IMG/VR virus record: IMGVR_UViG_3300029932_000006
Direction: 5' to 3' (one strand)
Origin: a virus
Length of the DNA: 33,590 nucleotides
This document shows, one piece after another, positions 12,511 to 21,417 of this stretch. Both the position numbers and the translations under genes were made by a program. Numbering within the stretch: position 1 is the stretch's first letter; each line of letters begins with the position of its first letter. The notes under the pieces were generated by a model. It saw only the letters and a program-made list of their open reading frames with translations. It was not told where the DNA came from and ran no database searches.

Positions 12511-14556
12511 ATGAACGAGAACGCGCTGAAAGCACAACTCGAGGCCGAAATAGACGGAGCAATCGGCTATCTCCAGACGGAGACAACCGAACAACGCACG
12601 AGGGCGCTGGAGTATTACCTTCGCTATCCGTACGGGAATGAGGTCGAGGGCCGCTCCCAGATCGTCACGGGAGAGGTTGCCGAGGTCATTGATGGGGCGC
12701 TTCCTCAGCTAATCCGCATCTTCACCGCATCTGATGATGTGGTGAGGTTTGAGCCTGTTTCTCCTGGTGATGAGCGCGGGGCCAAGCAAGCAACTGATTA
12801 CGCGAACTGGGTGTTCTACAAGGACAACCGTGGGTTTGCGATCATGCACGACTGGTTCAAGGACGCACTCCTTGAGAAGGTCGGAGTCATTAAGGCTTAC
12901 TGGGACGATTCAGTCTCGGTAATCAAAGAGACCTACGAGGGTCTAAGTGATGATGAGCTGGTGATGCTGATGGCAGACCAGACACAAGAGATCATCGCCC
13001 AGGACACGGTGAGTTATCAGGTATTCGATCCCAACGGTCAGCCAATGATCGGGATGGATGGGATGCCGATGATGAACACGACCCACACCGTTCAGGTCAA
13101 GAAGAAGAACAAGGTCGGGTCGGTCAAGATCGTCAATGTCCCGCCCGAGGAGTTCTTGATCTCCAAGCACGCCAGGACGATTGAGGACTCTCCCTTTACG
13201 GCTCACCGCCGTCTGATCCCGCGCTCTGATCTGGTTGCGATGGGATTCGATTGGGAGACCGTTCAAAACTTGCCGACTTACGATGATTTGTCATTCAGCC
13301 CTGAGCGAGTGGCGCGATTCTCTGAAGGCGAGCAGCCATCCGAGCAGGAGTCATACGATCCTTCTATGCAGGAGGTCGAGGTATACGAGTGCTATGTCCG
13401 TGCAGACATGGACAACGATGGCCTGGCCGAGTTGATTCAAGTCTGGTATGCAGGCTCGAAGATTCTCGAGGTCCGCGAGACGGATTACATCCCGTTCCAT
13501 GCTCTGTGCCCGATTCCTGTTCCTCACAAGTTCTATGGTCTGTCTCTCGCAGATAAGACGATGGATCTTCAACTCCAGAAGTCCACGATCACTCGGCAGA
13601 TGTTGGATAACTTGTATCTGACGAATAACGCACGAGTCGGCGCTGTGGAGGGGCAGGTCAATCTGGACGATCTCTCGACCATGACTCCTGGCGGGATCGT
13701 ACGGATGAAGAACCCCAATGCAGTGGTTCCGATGTCCGTGCAGCCGGTGGCTCAACAGGCCTTCCCGATGTTGGAGTATCTGGATCAAGTCCAAGCCAAG
13801 CGAACTGGTGTTTCTGACGCAAGCCAAGGTCTGGACCCGAACATCCTTCAGAATGTCACGGCCACTGCGGTTGCTGCATTCCAAAGTGCTTCGTCAGGAA
13901 AGCTGGAACTCATCGCTCGGATCTTCGCTGAGACTGGTGTTAAGACTCTGTTCAAGGGAATCTTGCATCTTCTGTGCAAGTACCAAGACAAGCCACGCCT
14001 GATTCGGATGCGCGGTGAGTATGTGCCGATGGACCCCCGTGAGTGGTCGAATCAATACGATGTGAGCATCTCTGTCGGGTTGGGAACGGGCAACCGTCAA
14101 GAGCAGATGGCTATGCTTGCGATGATCCTCGACAAGCAAGAGAAGATCCTGCAGCAGTTTGGACCGGCTAATCCTTTGGTCTCTGTAGCTCAGTACCGTG
14201 AGACTCTTGGAAGGATGATTGAGGCAGCGGGGTTCAAGGACTCGGCGACCTTCTTCAAGCCGATCACGCCTGAGATTGACCAGGCTCTCAGTAATCCTCC
14301 TCCGCAGCAACAGCAACCTGATCCAGCCATCCAAGCGATGATGATGCAGGCCCAGGCTCAACTGGAGATTGACCGTCAGAAGGCATTGGCGGATATTCAG
14401 GCTAAACGGGAGAAGGCTGCTGCAGAGATCCAACTGGCACGAGAGAAGGCGGCGGCTGAACTGGAGCTGAAGCGCCAAGAGTTCGAGGCCGAGGTCCAAC
14501 TCAAAGCGGCCAAGCTCGGCGCAGGCATTTCCTCCAATGTAGAGATTCCGGGGTAA
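12511..14556 (+). CDS. Portal protein
   Basis: 681 aa directly after terL, with GAGGAA 4 nt upstream. It has an N-terminal RALEYYLRYPYGNEVEGRSQIVTGEV portal-type block and a Q/A/E-rich coiled-coil C-terminal tail. Confidence 0.88.
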   Translation: MNENALKAQLEAEIDGAIGYLQTETTEQRTRALEYYLRYPYGNEVEGRSQIVTGEVAEVIDGALPQLIRIFTASDDVVRFEPVSPGDERGAKQATDYANWVFYKDNRGFAIMHDWFKDALLEKVGVIKAYWDDSVSVIKETYEGLSDDELVMLMADQTQEIIAQDTVSYQVFDPNGQPMIGMDGMPMMNTTHTVQVKKKNKVGSVKIVNVPPEEFLISKHARTIEDSPFTAHRRLIPRSDLVAMGFDWETVQNLPTYDDLSFSPERVARFSEGEQPSEQESYDPSMQEVEVYECYVRADMDNDGLAELIQVWYAGSKILEVRETDYIPFHALCPIPVPHKFYGLSLADKTMDLQLQKSTITRQMLDNLYLTNNARVGAVEGQVNLDDLSTMTPGGIVRMKNPNAVVPMSVQPVAQQAFPMLEYLDQVQAKRTGVSDASQGLDPNILQNVTATAVAAFQSASSGKLELIARIFAETGVKTLFKGILHLLCKYQDKPRLIRMRGEYVPMDPREWSNQYDVSISVGLGTGNRQEQMAMLAMILDKQEKILQQFGPANPLVSVAQYRETLGRMIEAAGFKDSATFFKPITPEIDQALSNPPPQQQQPDPAIQAMMMQAQAQLEIDRQKALADIQAKREKAAAEIQLAREKAAAELELKRQEFEAEVQLKAAKLGAGISSNVEIPG

Positions 14557-14559
14557 GCA

Positions 14560-16044
14560 ATGGCAACCAAAGCACAAATCACTCAGCTTTACCGCACTTA
14601 TCTCGGGCGTGAGCCTGATGCTGCTGGGCTGGAGTTCTATTCAAATCCAGATTTCAGCTTGAGTCTGATTGCTGACGACATCGCAAACTCTGCTGAGGCA
14701 AGGCAGTTTGCTGCGCAGGCCGCTGAGAATGAGGCAATTAGTGCTCGACAATACGCCACAGGCAATGCCGCAACAGAAGCAGATGTTCGAGCGGCTTACC
14801 AGGACATTCTGGGCCGAGAGGCAGATGAGGCTGGTCTGAACTTTTACCTAGAGTCAGACTTTTCTCCTGAGCAGATCCGCGAGGTTCTTCTGGCCTCCCC
14901 TGAGCGCCAGGGTATGGCTGCTCGTGAATACGCTACCGGAACACCAGCCACCGAAGCAGAGGTGCGGCAGATTTATCGTGATGTTCTTGGACGCGAAGCA
15001 GACAAGGCTGGGCTTCAGTTTTATCTGGGTTCAAACTTCTCTGCAGACCAAATCCGGGCCAATATCTTAGGTTCGCCAGAGAGTATGGAGTTGGCCACGA
15101 ACCCTGCTCAACGGGCTGGATTCACACCTGGAACGCAGCCAGCTTTTACGCCTGGAACGCAGCCTGGATTTACTGGTGTCATGCCAATGACGACTAGCGA
15201 GTACCTATCACGGTATTTCAACCCTCAAGGGCCGTATGGTGCTGGTCGGTTCTTGGCCACGGTAAATCCTCTGCTTTTCTCTGCCCCTGATGGGATGCAG
15301 CGACTTCCAGCGGCTCCGACCCGCCAGGCCGCACTTGGCTCCATCGGTTCTAACATTGAGAACACCGGAGGCGGTGGCGTAACGAATACCGTTGGCGGCG
15401 GCTCTGTTGGGGTCGGTCCTGTTGGCGGCACAGGCCTTTTGAGTACCAATCAAACCACCGGAAACACCGCCACTTTCGATCCGAATACGGGCGGCGTGTA
15501 TGTCGGCAGCAATATCGTTGATCCGATCAGCGGTTCAGTGATTGGCAATACTCAGGGCACATTTGATCGGGCAACTGGTGGCGTAATCCAGGGTGGAGAC
15601 ATCGTTGATCCGATCAGCGGTGCAGTCATCGGTGTGGCACCCGGCATGGGGTATGACTTGGGCACTGGTGGAGTGGTGCAGGGCCGAGACATCATTGATC
15701 CGATTAGTGGTGCTGTAATCGGTCAGGCGACCAATCCTCTCGCCAACCAAGCCCAGCCTGGGTTTGATCTGAACACCGGCGGCGTGATCCAAGGAACCTC
15801 AATTGTTGATCCGATTAGCGGGACGGTCATTGGCAGGGATTACTCTGGGTCAATGACCGGAGGCCTTATCCCTGGATTGGTTGATATGTCCATCGGAAGC
15901 ACATTCGGCCAAATTGGAGACGCAAACTTCATCCCGGTCTTTGGGCGGGGCAATGGGATGCTCTTGGATTTCGCTGACATCCCCGCATTCGGCCAAGGCG
16001 GTGGGATGCTGCTTGATTATGTAGATTCAACAACCGGCAAATGA
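14560..16044 (+). CDS. Repeat protein with three DUF4214-like units followed by four DPISG-type repeats. Putative virion-associated protein.
   Basis: 494 aa. The DUF4214-like units are LYRTYLGREPDAAGLEFY, YQDILGREADEAGLNFY and YRDVLGREADKAGLQFY. Four copies of TGGV.QG.DI(V/I)DPISG.VIG follow. It lies between the portal and scaffold genes. Confidence 0.75.
   Translation: MATKAQITQLYRTYLGREPDAAGLEFYSNPDFSLSLIADDIANSAEARQFAAQAAENEAISARQYATGNAATEADVRAAYQDILGREADEAGLNFYLESDFSPEQIREVLLASPERQGMAAREYATGTPATEAEVRQIYRDVLGREADKAGLQFYLGSNFSADQIRANILGSPESMELATNPAQRAGFTPGTQPAFTPGTQPGFTGVMPMTTSEYLSRYFNPQGPYGAGRFLATVNPLLFSAPDGMQRLPAAPTRQAALGSIGSNIENTGGGGVTNTVGGGSVGVGPVGGTGLLSTNQTTGNTATFDPNTGGVYVGSNIVDPISGSVIGNTQGTFDRATGGVIQGGDIVDPISGAVIGVAPGMGYDLGTGGVVQGRDIIDPISGAVIGQATNPLANQAQPGFDLNTGGVIQGTSIVDPISGTVIGRDYSGSMTGGLIPGLVDMSIGSTFGQIGDANFIPVFGRGNGMLLDFADIPAFGQGGGMLLDYVDSTTGK
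15475..15834 (+). repeat. In-frame coding tandem repeats (four units of ~28-35 aa with a D-P-I-S-G core)
   Basis: gttgatccgatcagcggt and close variants recur at ~15519, 15604, 15693 and 15805. The peptide units are FDPNTGGVYVGSNIVDPISGSVIG, FDRATGGVIQGGDIVDPISGAVIG, YDLGTGGVVQGRDIIDPISGAVIG and FDLNTGGVIQGTSIVDPISGTVIG. Confidence 0.85.
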
Positions 16045-16271
16045 ACAAAGCAGAACGCGCTCAAACTCTCCTGAACGATGAGTGGTTTCAGGAAGAAATA
16101 GACACTATCAGGAAATCCCTGATAAGTCAGTTAACGAACTCGGATGAGATGGACATTGACATTCGAGAGCGATGCTATTTGAAATTGCGCGTACTTGATG
16201 AAATAATGGGACACTTTTCTTCCATAGCTTCTAGCGACCAGTTGGTCAAGCGGCGATGGAAGATTCTGTAA
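16041..16271 (+). CDS. Hypothetical head-module protein (76 aa)
   Basis: Track ORF, ATGA-coupled to the upstream gene. Confidence 0.65.
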   Translation: MNKAERAQTLLNDEWFQEEIDTIRKSLISQLTNSDEMDIDIRERCYLKLRVLDEIMGHFSSIASSDQLVKRRWKIL

Positions 16272-16309
16272 GCGGCCTGGCGCTCCCAGGTAAAACTTAG
16301 GAAACTCAA

Positions 16310-17254
16310 ATGGCAGACACCGACCCGCAAGGGAGTGTTTCGATGTCGGTGAACGAAGCCGCAGGCGCGTTTCTCGGACTTATGGAGCCAACGGAAGCTG
16401 AACAAGCCACTCCTGAAACTCCAGAACCCGAGGAGCAAGTCGAGGCGTCCGAACCCGAGGAACTGGAAACCCAAGAAGTCGAAGCAGAACCCGAACCGCA
16501 GCGATTCCGTGTGAAAGCCGCAGGCGAGGAAAGGGAAGTCACTTTCGATGAACTGGTGGACGGGTATCAGAAGGGGCTGGACTACACCAAAAAGAGTCAG
16601 TCCGTAGCGGAGCAGCGTAAAGCTGTCGAAGCAGAACGGGCCGCCATTGAACAGGCCAAGCAAGCGAGGGATGCCTACTCGCAGCGACTAAACCTGATCG
16701 AAGAGTTCTTGAGTAAACAGAACGAAGGGGAAGACCTCAATGCGTTGAAAGAGGTTGACCCCATTGGTTACGCAGTCAAGGTAGCAGAGCGGACTGAGCG
16801 AGAGAAGCAGCTTGCGATGGTTCAAGCCGAGCAGCAGCGGATTGCCCAACAGCGATTCGCCGAGCAGCAGGCTCAACTCCAGCAGCGACTCCAGCAGGAA
16901 GCAAGGCGCGTGGCTGAGGTTATTCCTGAATACGGGGATGAGAAGAAGAGCAACGAGGTTAAGAAGCAAATCCGCGACTTTGCAAAAGAAGTGGGTTTCA
17001 CTGACCAAGAGTTAGCTCAGGCTTACGACTCCCGACAGGTTCAGGTGCTGTGGATGGCAGCTCAATATGCGAAGCTCCAGAAGCAGAAGCCCGAGGTAAC
17101 CAAGAAGGTACAAGACGCACCGAAGATGCTCCGTCCAGGCGTTGCGGCAAACCAAAAGAATGCTGCAGACGAGAATGTCAAGAAAGCTCACTCGCAGTTG
17201 AGGAAGTCTGGAAAAGTCTCTGATGCTGCGGCCCTGTTTGAACGAATGCTCTAG
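16310..17254 (+). CDS. Scaffolding protein
   Basis: 314 aa. It has an acidic P/E-rich N-terminus, then a long Q/A/E/K coiled coil. It lies immediately upstream of the major capsid gene. Confidence 0.75.
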   Translation: MADTDPQGSVSMSVNEAAGAFLGLMEPTEAEQATPETPEPEEQVEASEPEELETQEVEAEPEPQRFRVKAAGEEREVTFDELVDGYQKGLDYTKKSQSVAEQRKAVEAERAAIEQAKQARDAYSQRLNLIEEFLSKQNEGEDLNALKEVDPIGYAVKVAERTEREKQLAMVQAEQQRIAQQRFAEQQAQLQQRLQQEARRVAEVIPEYGDEKKSNEVKKQIRDFAKEVGFTDQELAQAYDSRQVQVLWMAAQYAKLQKQKPEVTKKVQDAPKMLRPGVAANQKNAADENVKKAHSQLRKSGKVSDAAALFERML

Positions 17255-17263
17255 GAGTCCAAA

Positions 17264-18211
17264 ATGACCCAATTCCGTACCTACGCTGCCGTTGGTATGC
17301 GTGAAGACCTGTCTGATGTGATCTACAACATCAGCCCGACTGACACCCCGTTTATGAGCACGGTTGGCAAGACCAAGGCCACCGCTGTTTATCACGAGTG
17401 GCAGACCGACTCTCTGGCCGCTGCTGCCGCCAATGCCGCTGTGGAAGGTGCTGACGCATCTACCGCCACCCTGACCGCCACGACCCGTGTTGGCAACCGC
17501 ACCCAGATCAGCCAGAAGACTATCGGTGTTACTGGCACCCTGGAGGCTGTTGACAAGGCTGGCCGTAAGTCTGAGAAGGCTTATCAGCTTGCCAAGGCTT
17601 CGTCCGAAATCAAGCGCGACATGGAGTTCACCTTCCTGAGCAACACCGTCCAGAGCAACGGAACCGCCGGTTCTACCGCTCGTGTGTTGGGTGGTCTGCA
17701 GACCTGGCTGGCAACGAACGGTGACTTCGGCTCGGGTGGCTCTGCTGGTGCTTCTGGCACGACCGCTCGTACGAACGGCACGAACCGCACCTTCACGGAA
17801 GACCTCCTGAAGACGGTTATCAAGGAAGTGTTCGAGTCCGGTGGTTCCCCGAAGATCCTGATGGTCACGCCTGCTCACAAGCAGACCGTCTCGGCCTTCG
17901 CCGGTATCGCTGCTCAGCGCTACATGGCCCCTTCTGATGCCCCCACGACCATTATTGGCGCGGCTGATATTTATTTGAGCGATTTCGGCTCCGTTTCTTG
18001 TGTACCCAACAGGTTCATGGTTTCGGGCAATTCGGCAAATGAAGTGGCCTTCGTGCTGGACCCCGAGTACGCTGCTGTGGCGTATCTGCGTCCCTTCTTC
18101 ACCAACGAACTGGCGAAGAACGGCGACTCGGATCGCACCCAGTTGCTCGTGGAATACACGCTCGAGGTTCGCAACGAGGCCGCCCACGGCATCATCGCTG
18201 ACTTGAGCTAA
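17264..18211 (+). CDS. Major capsid protein (HK97 fold; DUF5309/SU10-type by recollection)
   Basis: 315 aa with AGGAG upstream. It has REDLSDVIYNISPTDTPFMS...YHEWQTDSLA near the N-terminus. A strong intrinsic terminator follows it. Confidence 0.88.
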   Translation: MTQFRTYAAVGMREDLSDVIYNISPTDTPFMSTVGKTKATAVYHEWQTDSLAAAAANAAVEGADASTATLTATTRVGNRTQISQKTIGVTGTLEAVDKAGRKSEKAYQLAKASSEIKRDMEFTFLSNTVQSNGTAGSTARVLGGLQTWLATNGDFGSGGSAGASGTTARTNGTNRTFTEDLLKTVIKEVFESGGSPKILMVTPAHKQTVSAFAGIAAQRYMAPSDAPTTIIGAADIYLSDFGSVSCVPNRFMVSGNSANEVAFVLDPEYAAVAYLRPFFTNELAKNGDSDRTQLLVEYTLEVRNEAAHGIIADLS

Positions 18212-18230
18212 TCTTCGGTAGCAAGTAACT

Positions 18231-18261
18231 AAGGGGGCCGGGGCAACTCAGCCCCCTTTTT
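18231..18261 (+). terminator. Rho-independent terminator after the capsid gene
   Basis: A perfect 8-bp stem (AAGGGGGC / GCCCCCTT) with a 12-nt loop runs into a T tract. It starts 20 nt after the capsid stop. Confidence 0.75.
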
Positions 18262-18264
18262 CAC

Positions 18265-18594
18265 ATGAACATCAACGAATTCTCAAAGACCGCCAAAGTT
18301 GTAGATCGCAAGGCCCATAAGACCGATGACGGTGGGCTGATTATCGAAAGCACCCAAGATGTTTCTGGGATCATTGAATCCAACAAGAAGCAATTCAATG
18401 CTTACGATGAGCGCGCCCGATGGAGCGATCATGTGTTTGGGAATAAGATTGCGTCCATCCCGCTTGCGGTAATTGATGAGCTAAACAAGCAAGGCATCAT
18501 GCGGGGATTCCATGTGTTGGATCAACCTCGTTTCAAGGCCTGGCTGAACCATCCTGACAACAGAGCGTTTCGCACCCGTCCTGGGAGGATTTGA
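18265..18594 (+). CDS. Hypothetical virion-module protein (109 aa)
   Basis: Track ORF. It starts right after the terminator without an obvious SD. Its stop overlaps the next start as TGATG. Confidence 0.6.
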   Translation: MNINEFSKTAKVVDRKAHKTDDGGLIIESTQDVSGIIESNKKQFNAYDERARWSDHVFGNKIASIPLAVIDELNKQGIMRGFHVLDQPRFKAWLNHPDNRAFRTRPGRI

Positions 18595-19214
18595 TGGCTC
18601 TCTCAACATACTCAGACCTCAAGACAACGATTGCGAACTACCTCGCTCGGTCTGATCTGACCTCTCAGATTCCTGACTTCATCACCCTTGCGGAGAATCG
18701 CCTTCGCAGGGATCTGCGTACTCGCAAGATGCTGAAGTTGACCTCGCTGTCTCTGACTGCGAATGACTCGACTGTTTCGATTCCTTCGGACTTTTTGGCT
18801 CTGCGGGATCTGTACCTATCCACGACCCCTGCAACGCCTTTGCAGTTTCTGAACCCGAGTTCGTTTGTGAGGAACGCTCGGATCACAGACACCGGCATTC
18901 CGAAGCAATACACGACACTTGATACAGAGTTCAAGTTCGCGCCGATCCCTGACTCGAACTACTCTGCTCCATTGCTGTATTACGGGGCACCTCCATACCT
19001 AAGTGATTCAAACACCTCGAATGTATTTCTGGTGAACTACCCAGACGCTTTGATCTATGCGTCTTTGGGTGAGGCAGAGCCGTATCTGATGAATGATGAG
19101 CGGCTTGCGACATGGGCTGCGCTCTATCAGCGAGCCATTGACTCCATCACCACATCCGATGATGGAGATGAATACTCTGCCGTACCTCTGACGATGACTC
19201 TTGCCAAGAGATAA
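18594..19214 (+). CDS. Head-tail adaptor / tail tubular A-like protein (putative)
   Basis: ATG 18594 follows GGGAGG. YSDLKTTIANYLARSDLTSQIPDFITLAENRLRRDLR is a pattern I associate with phage adaptor proteins. The position after the capsid gene is consistent. Confidence 0.6.
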   Translation: MALSTYSDLKTTIANYLARSDLTSQIPDFITLAENRLRRDLRTRKMLKLTSLSLTANDSTVSIPSDFLALRDLYLSTTPATPLQFLNPSSFVRNARITDTGIPKQYTTLDTEFKFAPIPDSNYSAPLLYYGAPPYLSDSNTSNVFLVNYPDALIYASLGEAEPYLMNDERLATWAALYQRAIDSITTSDDGDEYSAVPLTMTLAKR

Positions 19215-19216
19215 GC

Positions 19217-20638
19217 ATGGAACAGCGCATTACCTTCGGAGAGTGGCTCCCTGACCAGCCTGGCGTGGTTGGGGCGCTTCAAGATGCCAAGAATGTCATC
19301 GCCCAGACCGTTGGTTATGGGCCGTTCCCTGGGCTTGTGGACTACTCAGCGTCCGCATCCGAGAACCTGACATCGTTCTTCACTGGCGAGTTTGGGGCGA
19401 CTCGTAACATCTTCGCAGGTGGCAATACCAAGCTGTTCAAGTTCGATAACACCGACCTGTCGATGGACAATGTTTCAAAGACAGGTGGATACACGGGGAC
19501 TCAGCCCTGGAAGTTCACCCAGTTCGGCAAGGTTGTAATCGCTGCGAATGGCGCTGAGAAGCTCCAGGCTTGGACGCTGGGTACTTCTACGCAGTTTGCT
19601 GATCTTGCTGCCGCCGCTCCTGTGGCCTCATATGTCTCGGTGGTTCGAGACTTCGTGGTAGCTGCAAATATCTCGAGCTATCCGAATCGAGTCCAATGGT
19701 CTGACATCAATGACGAGACGGATTGGACTTCTGGCCCAACATCTCAGTCCGATTACCAGGACATTCCTGACGGTGGAAACATTGTCGGGATAACGGGTGG
19801 TGAGTTTGGTCTTGTCCTGTTGGATGAAGCAATCGTTCGGATGTCCTATATCGGGGCACCGTTCTTCTTCCAGTTCGACACCATCTCTCGCTCTTTGGGG
19901 TGCTATGAGGCTGGGTCGGTGGCCCAATACGGTCCACTTACCTTCTTCCTGTCTGATGACGGGTTCTATGTCTGCGATGGGCAGTCTGTGAAACCCATTG
20001 GAGCTGAGAAGGTTGATCGGTGGTTCTTTGACGATTTGGACCCCGCCAATGTCTCAAAGATGAGTTCGGCTATTGATCCTGTGCGTAAGGTTGTGGCGTG
20101 GAGCTACCCCAACACCCGCGCAGGGCAGTCAATCCTTATGTATAACTGGCAAGTCCAGCGCTGGACATACGCCGATACCACGGCTAATTTCATCTCCTCA
20201 ATGGCGACCTTTGAGGTGACTCTTGAGGGTTTGGATCTCTACTCTGCCAGCTTGGATGCTTTGGATACCTCTTTGGATTCGCGGATCTGGCTGGGTGGAA
20301 AGTTCGTGTTTGCCGGTCTCCAGGGGGCAAAGATTGTCTCGTTTACTGGGGAATCAACTGCCGCAAACATTGAGACCGGAGACTTCGTGGCCGGTCAGAA
20401 CTCTGTTGTCAGGCTTGCCCGTCCCCAGGTGGACAATGGATCAGCTTCGGTTGCCGCAGCCTCTCGAGATCGCCTGGATGATGCGATCTCTTTTGGGACA
20501 TCTTCAGCAGCAGACTCTGATAACCGAGTGAGCCTGAGAAGTTTCGGCAAGTACCATCGTCTGCGGGTTATCCCTAGCGGCACATGGACCACCATTGTTG
20601 GGGTTGATGTGGATACTGTTCAGGCAGGGCGGCGCTGA
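19217..20638 (+). CDS. Tail nozzle / tail tubular B-like protein (putative)
   Basis: 473 aa. It has an N-terminal FGEWLPDQPG...AKNV motif, and its size and position follow the adaptor as in podovirus tail modules. Confidence 0.55.
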   Translation: MEQRITFGEWLPDQPGVVGALQDAKNVIAQTVGYGPFPGLVDYSASASENLTSFFTGEFGATRNIFAGGNTKLFKFDNTDLSMDNVSKTGGYTGTQPWKFTQFGKVVIAANGAEKLQAWTLGTSTQFADLAAAAPVASYVSVVRDFVVAANISSYPNRVQWSDINDETDWTSGPTSQSDYQDIPDGGNIVGITGGEFGLVLLDEAIVRMSYIGAPFFFQFDTISRSLGCYEAGSVAQYGPLTFFLSDDGFYVCDGQSVKPIGAEKVDRWFFDDLDPANVSKMSSAIDPVRKVVAWSYPNTRAGQSILMYNWQVQRWTYADTTANFISSMATFEVTLEGLDLYSASLDALDTSLDSRIWLGGKFVFAGLQGAKIVSFTGESTAANIETGDFVAGQNSVVRLARPQVDNGSASVAAASRDRLDDAISFGTSSAADSDNRVSLRSFGKYHRLRVIPSGTWTTIVGVDVDTVQAGRR

Positions 20639-21417
20639 TGTTCCGTGTCCTTCCACCATTCGGCTCAGATCCTCGCGGTGTTGCGGAGATCGTCAACGGG
20701 CTTATGAATGGAAAGTCCAACAATACCGGGACAGTAACGCTAAACACGGGTGGGGCATCAACCACCACGATCTATGACGCTCGGATCAGTCCTGAGTCAA
20801 AGATCATTCTGATCCCGTTCTCGGCAAACGCCTTTAATGACAAGGTTCCTTACGGGGCGTTCCAAGACTCCACAGACCAGACTGCGGCCTCAACCACTAC
20901 GGCTTACGCGATCACCTATAACACCACAGATTATTCCAATGGTGTAACGCTATCCAATAGTTCCAGGCTAAATGTCTCAAATCCTGGGGTTTACAACATC
21001 CAGTTCTCGGTCCAGTTCGCCAATGCAGACACCCAGATTCAGGATGTGGACATTTGGTTCAGGAAGAACGGCACGGATGTAGCGGGATCTAACAGTAAGT
21101 TTTCGGTTCCAAACTCCCACGGCGGGACGAATGGTCATCTTATTGCTGCGCTTAATTACTTCATTGAGCTGGCCGCAAACGACTACATCCAGATCATGTG
21201 GGCCACGACTTCCACACTGGTCACGATTGAGCAACTTCCTGCCCAGACAAGCCCAACGAGGCCGTCAACCCCTTCGGTGATCGCCACAATGACTTATGTC
21301 TCGATGGCCTCAATCGCCAATGTGTATGTAAGCTCTCAGTCTCAAGGAAGTGCGGTTATTACGCACTTTGCCAATTCCACGGCTGATAAAACATTTGCTT
21401 ATGTGGTGGTGGGATGA
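20638..21417 (+). CDS. Virion/tail-associated protein with a possible C1q/TNF-like jelly-roll C-terminal domain (speculative)
   Basis: 259 aa. GVYNIQFSVQF...IWFRKNGTDVAGSN...DYIQIMW resembles C1q/BclA-type receptor-binding domains. Confidence 0.5.
   Translation: MFRVLPPFGSDPRGVAEIVNGLMNGKSNNTGTVTLNTGGASTTTIYDARISPESKIILIPFSANAFNDKVPYGAFQDSTDQTAASTTTAYAITYNTTDYSNGVTLSNSSRLNVSNPGVYNIQFSVQFANADTQIQDVDIWFRKNGTDVAGSNSKFSVPNSHGGTNGHLIAALNYFIELAANDYIQIMWATTSTLVTIEQLPAQTSPTRPSTPSVIATMTYVSMASIANVYVSSQSQGSAVITHFANSTADKTFAYVVVG

Noticed and set aside
12420-12641. 73-aa ORF between terL and portal (MWISTQGNLPQRIAELERRIKALEERHE...)
   Set aside because: Only the first ~25 codons lie in the 78-nt terL-portal spacer and look coiled-coil-like. 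The rest overlaps the portal N-terminus out of frame and looks like noise. The portal start at 12511 has a good SD. A very short real peptide cannot be excluded.
13894-14577. 227-aa reverse-strand ORF opposite the portal 3' end (and similar ORFs at 13351..13884 and 12943..13266)
   Set aside because: These are leucine/arginine-rich mirror images of the Q/A/E-rich portal tail. They sit inside a long, well-supported CDS.
15475-15834. Periodic ~85-105-nt DNA repeats considered as a possible CRISPR-like or satellite array
   Set aside because: The units are in frame inside a continuous ORF. They are imperfect at the DNA level but conserved at the peptide level (the DPISG motif). There are no unique spacers between identical repeats and no cas genes.
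16271-16309. Hairpin CCTGG-CGCTC-CCAGG after the 76-aa gene considered as a terminator
   Set aside because: The stem is only 5 bp and no T tract follows (the sequence is taaaactt). It more likely sits in ordinary spacer sequence carrying the scaffold gene's ribosome-binding site.
17012-18187. 391-aa reverse-strand ORF antisense to the major capsid gene
   Set aside because: It lies entirely inside a confidently identified capsid CDS. The translation is R/G/S/L-rich and low complexity with no motif. It is a typical shadow ORF of a codon-biased, highly expressed gene.
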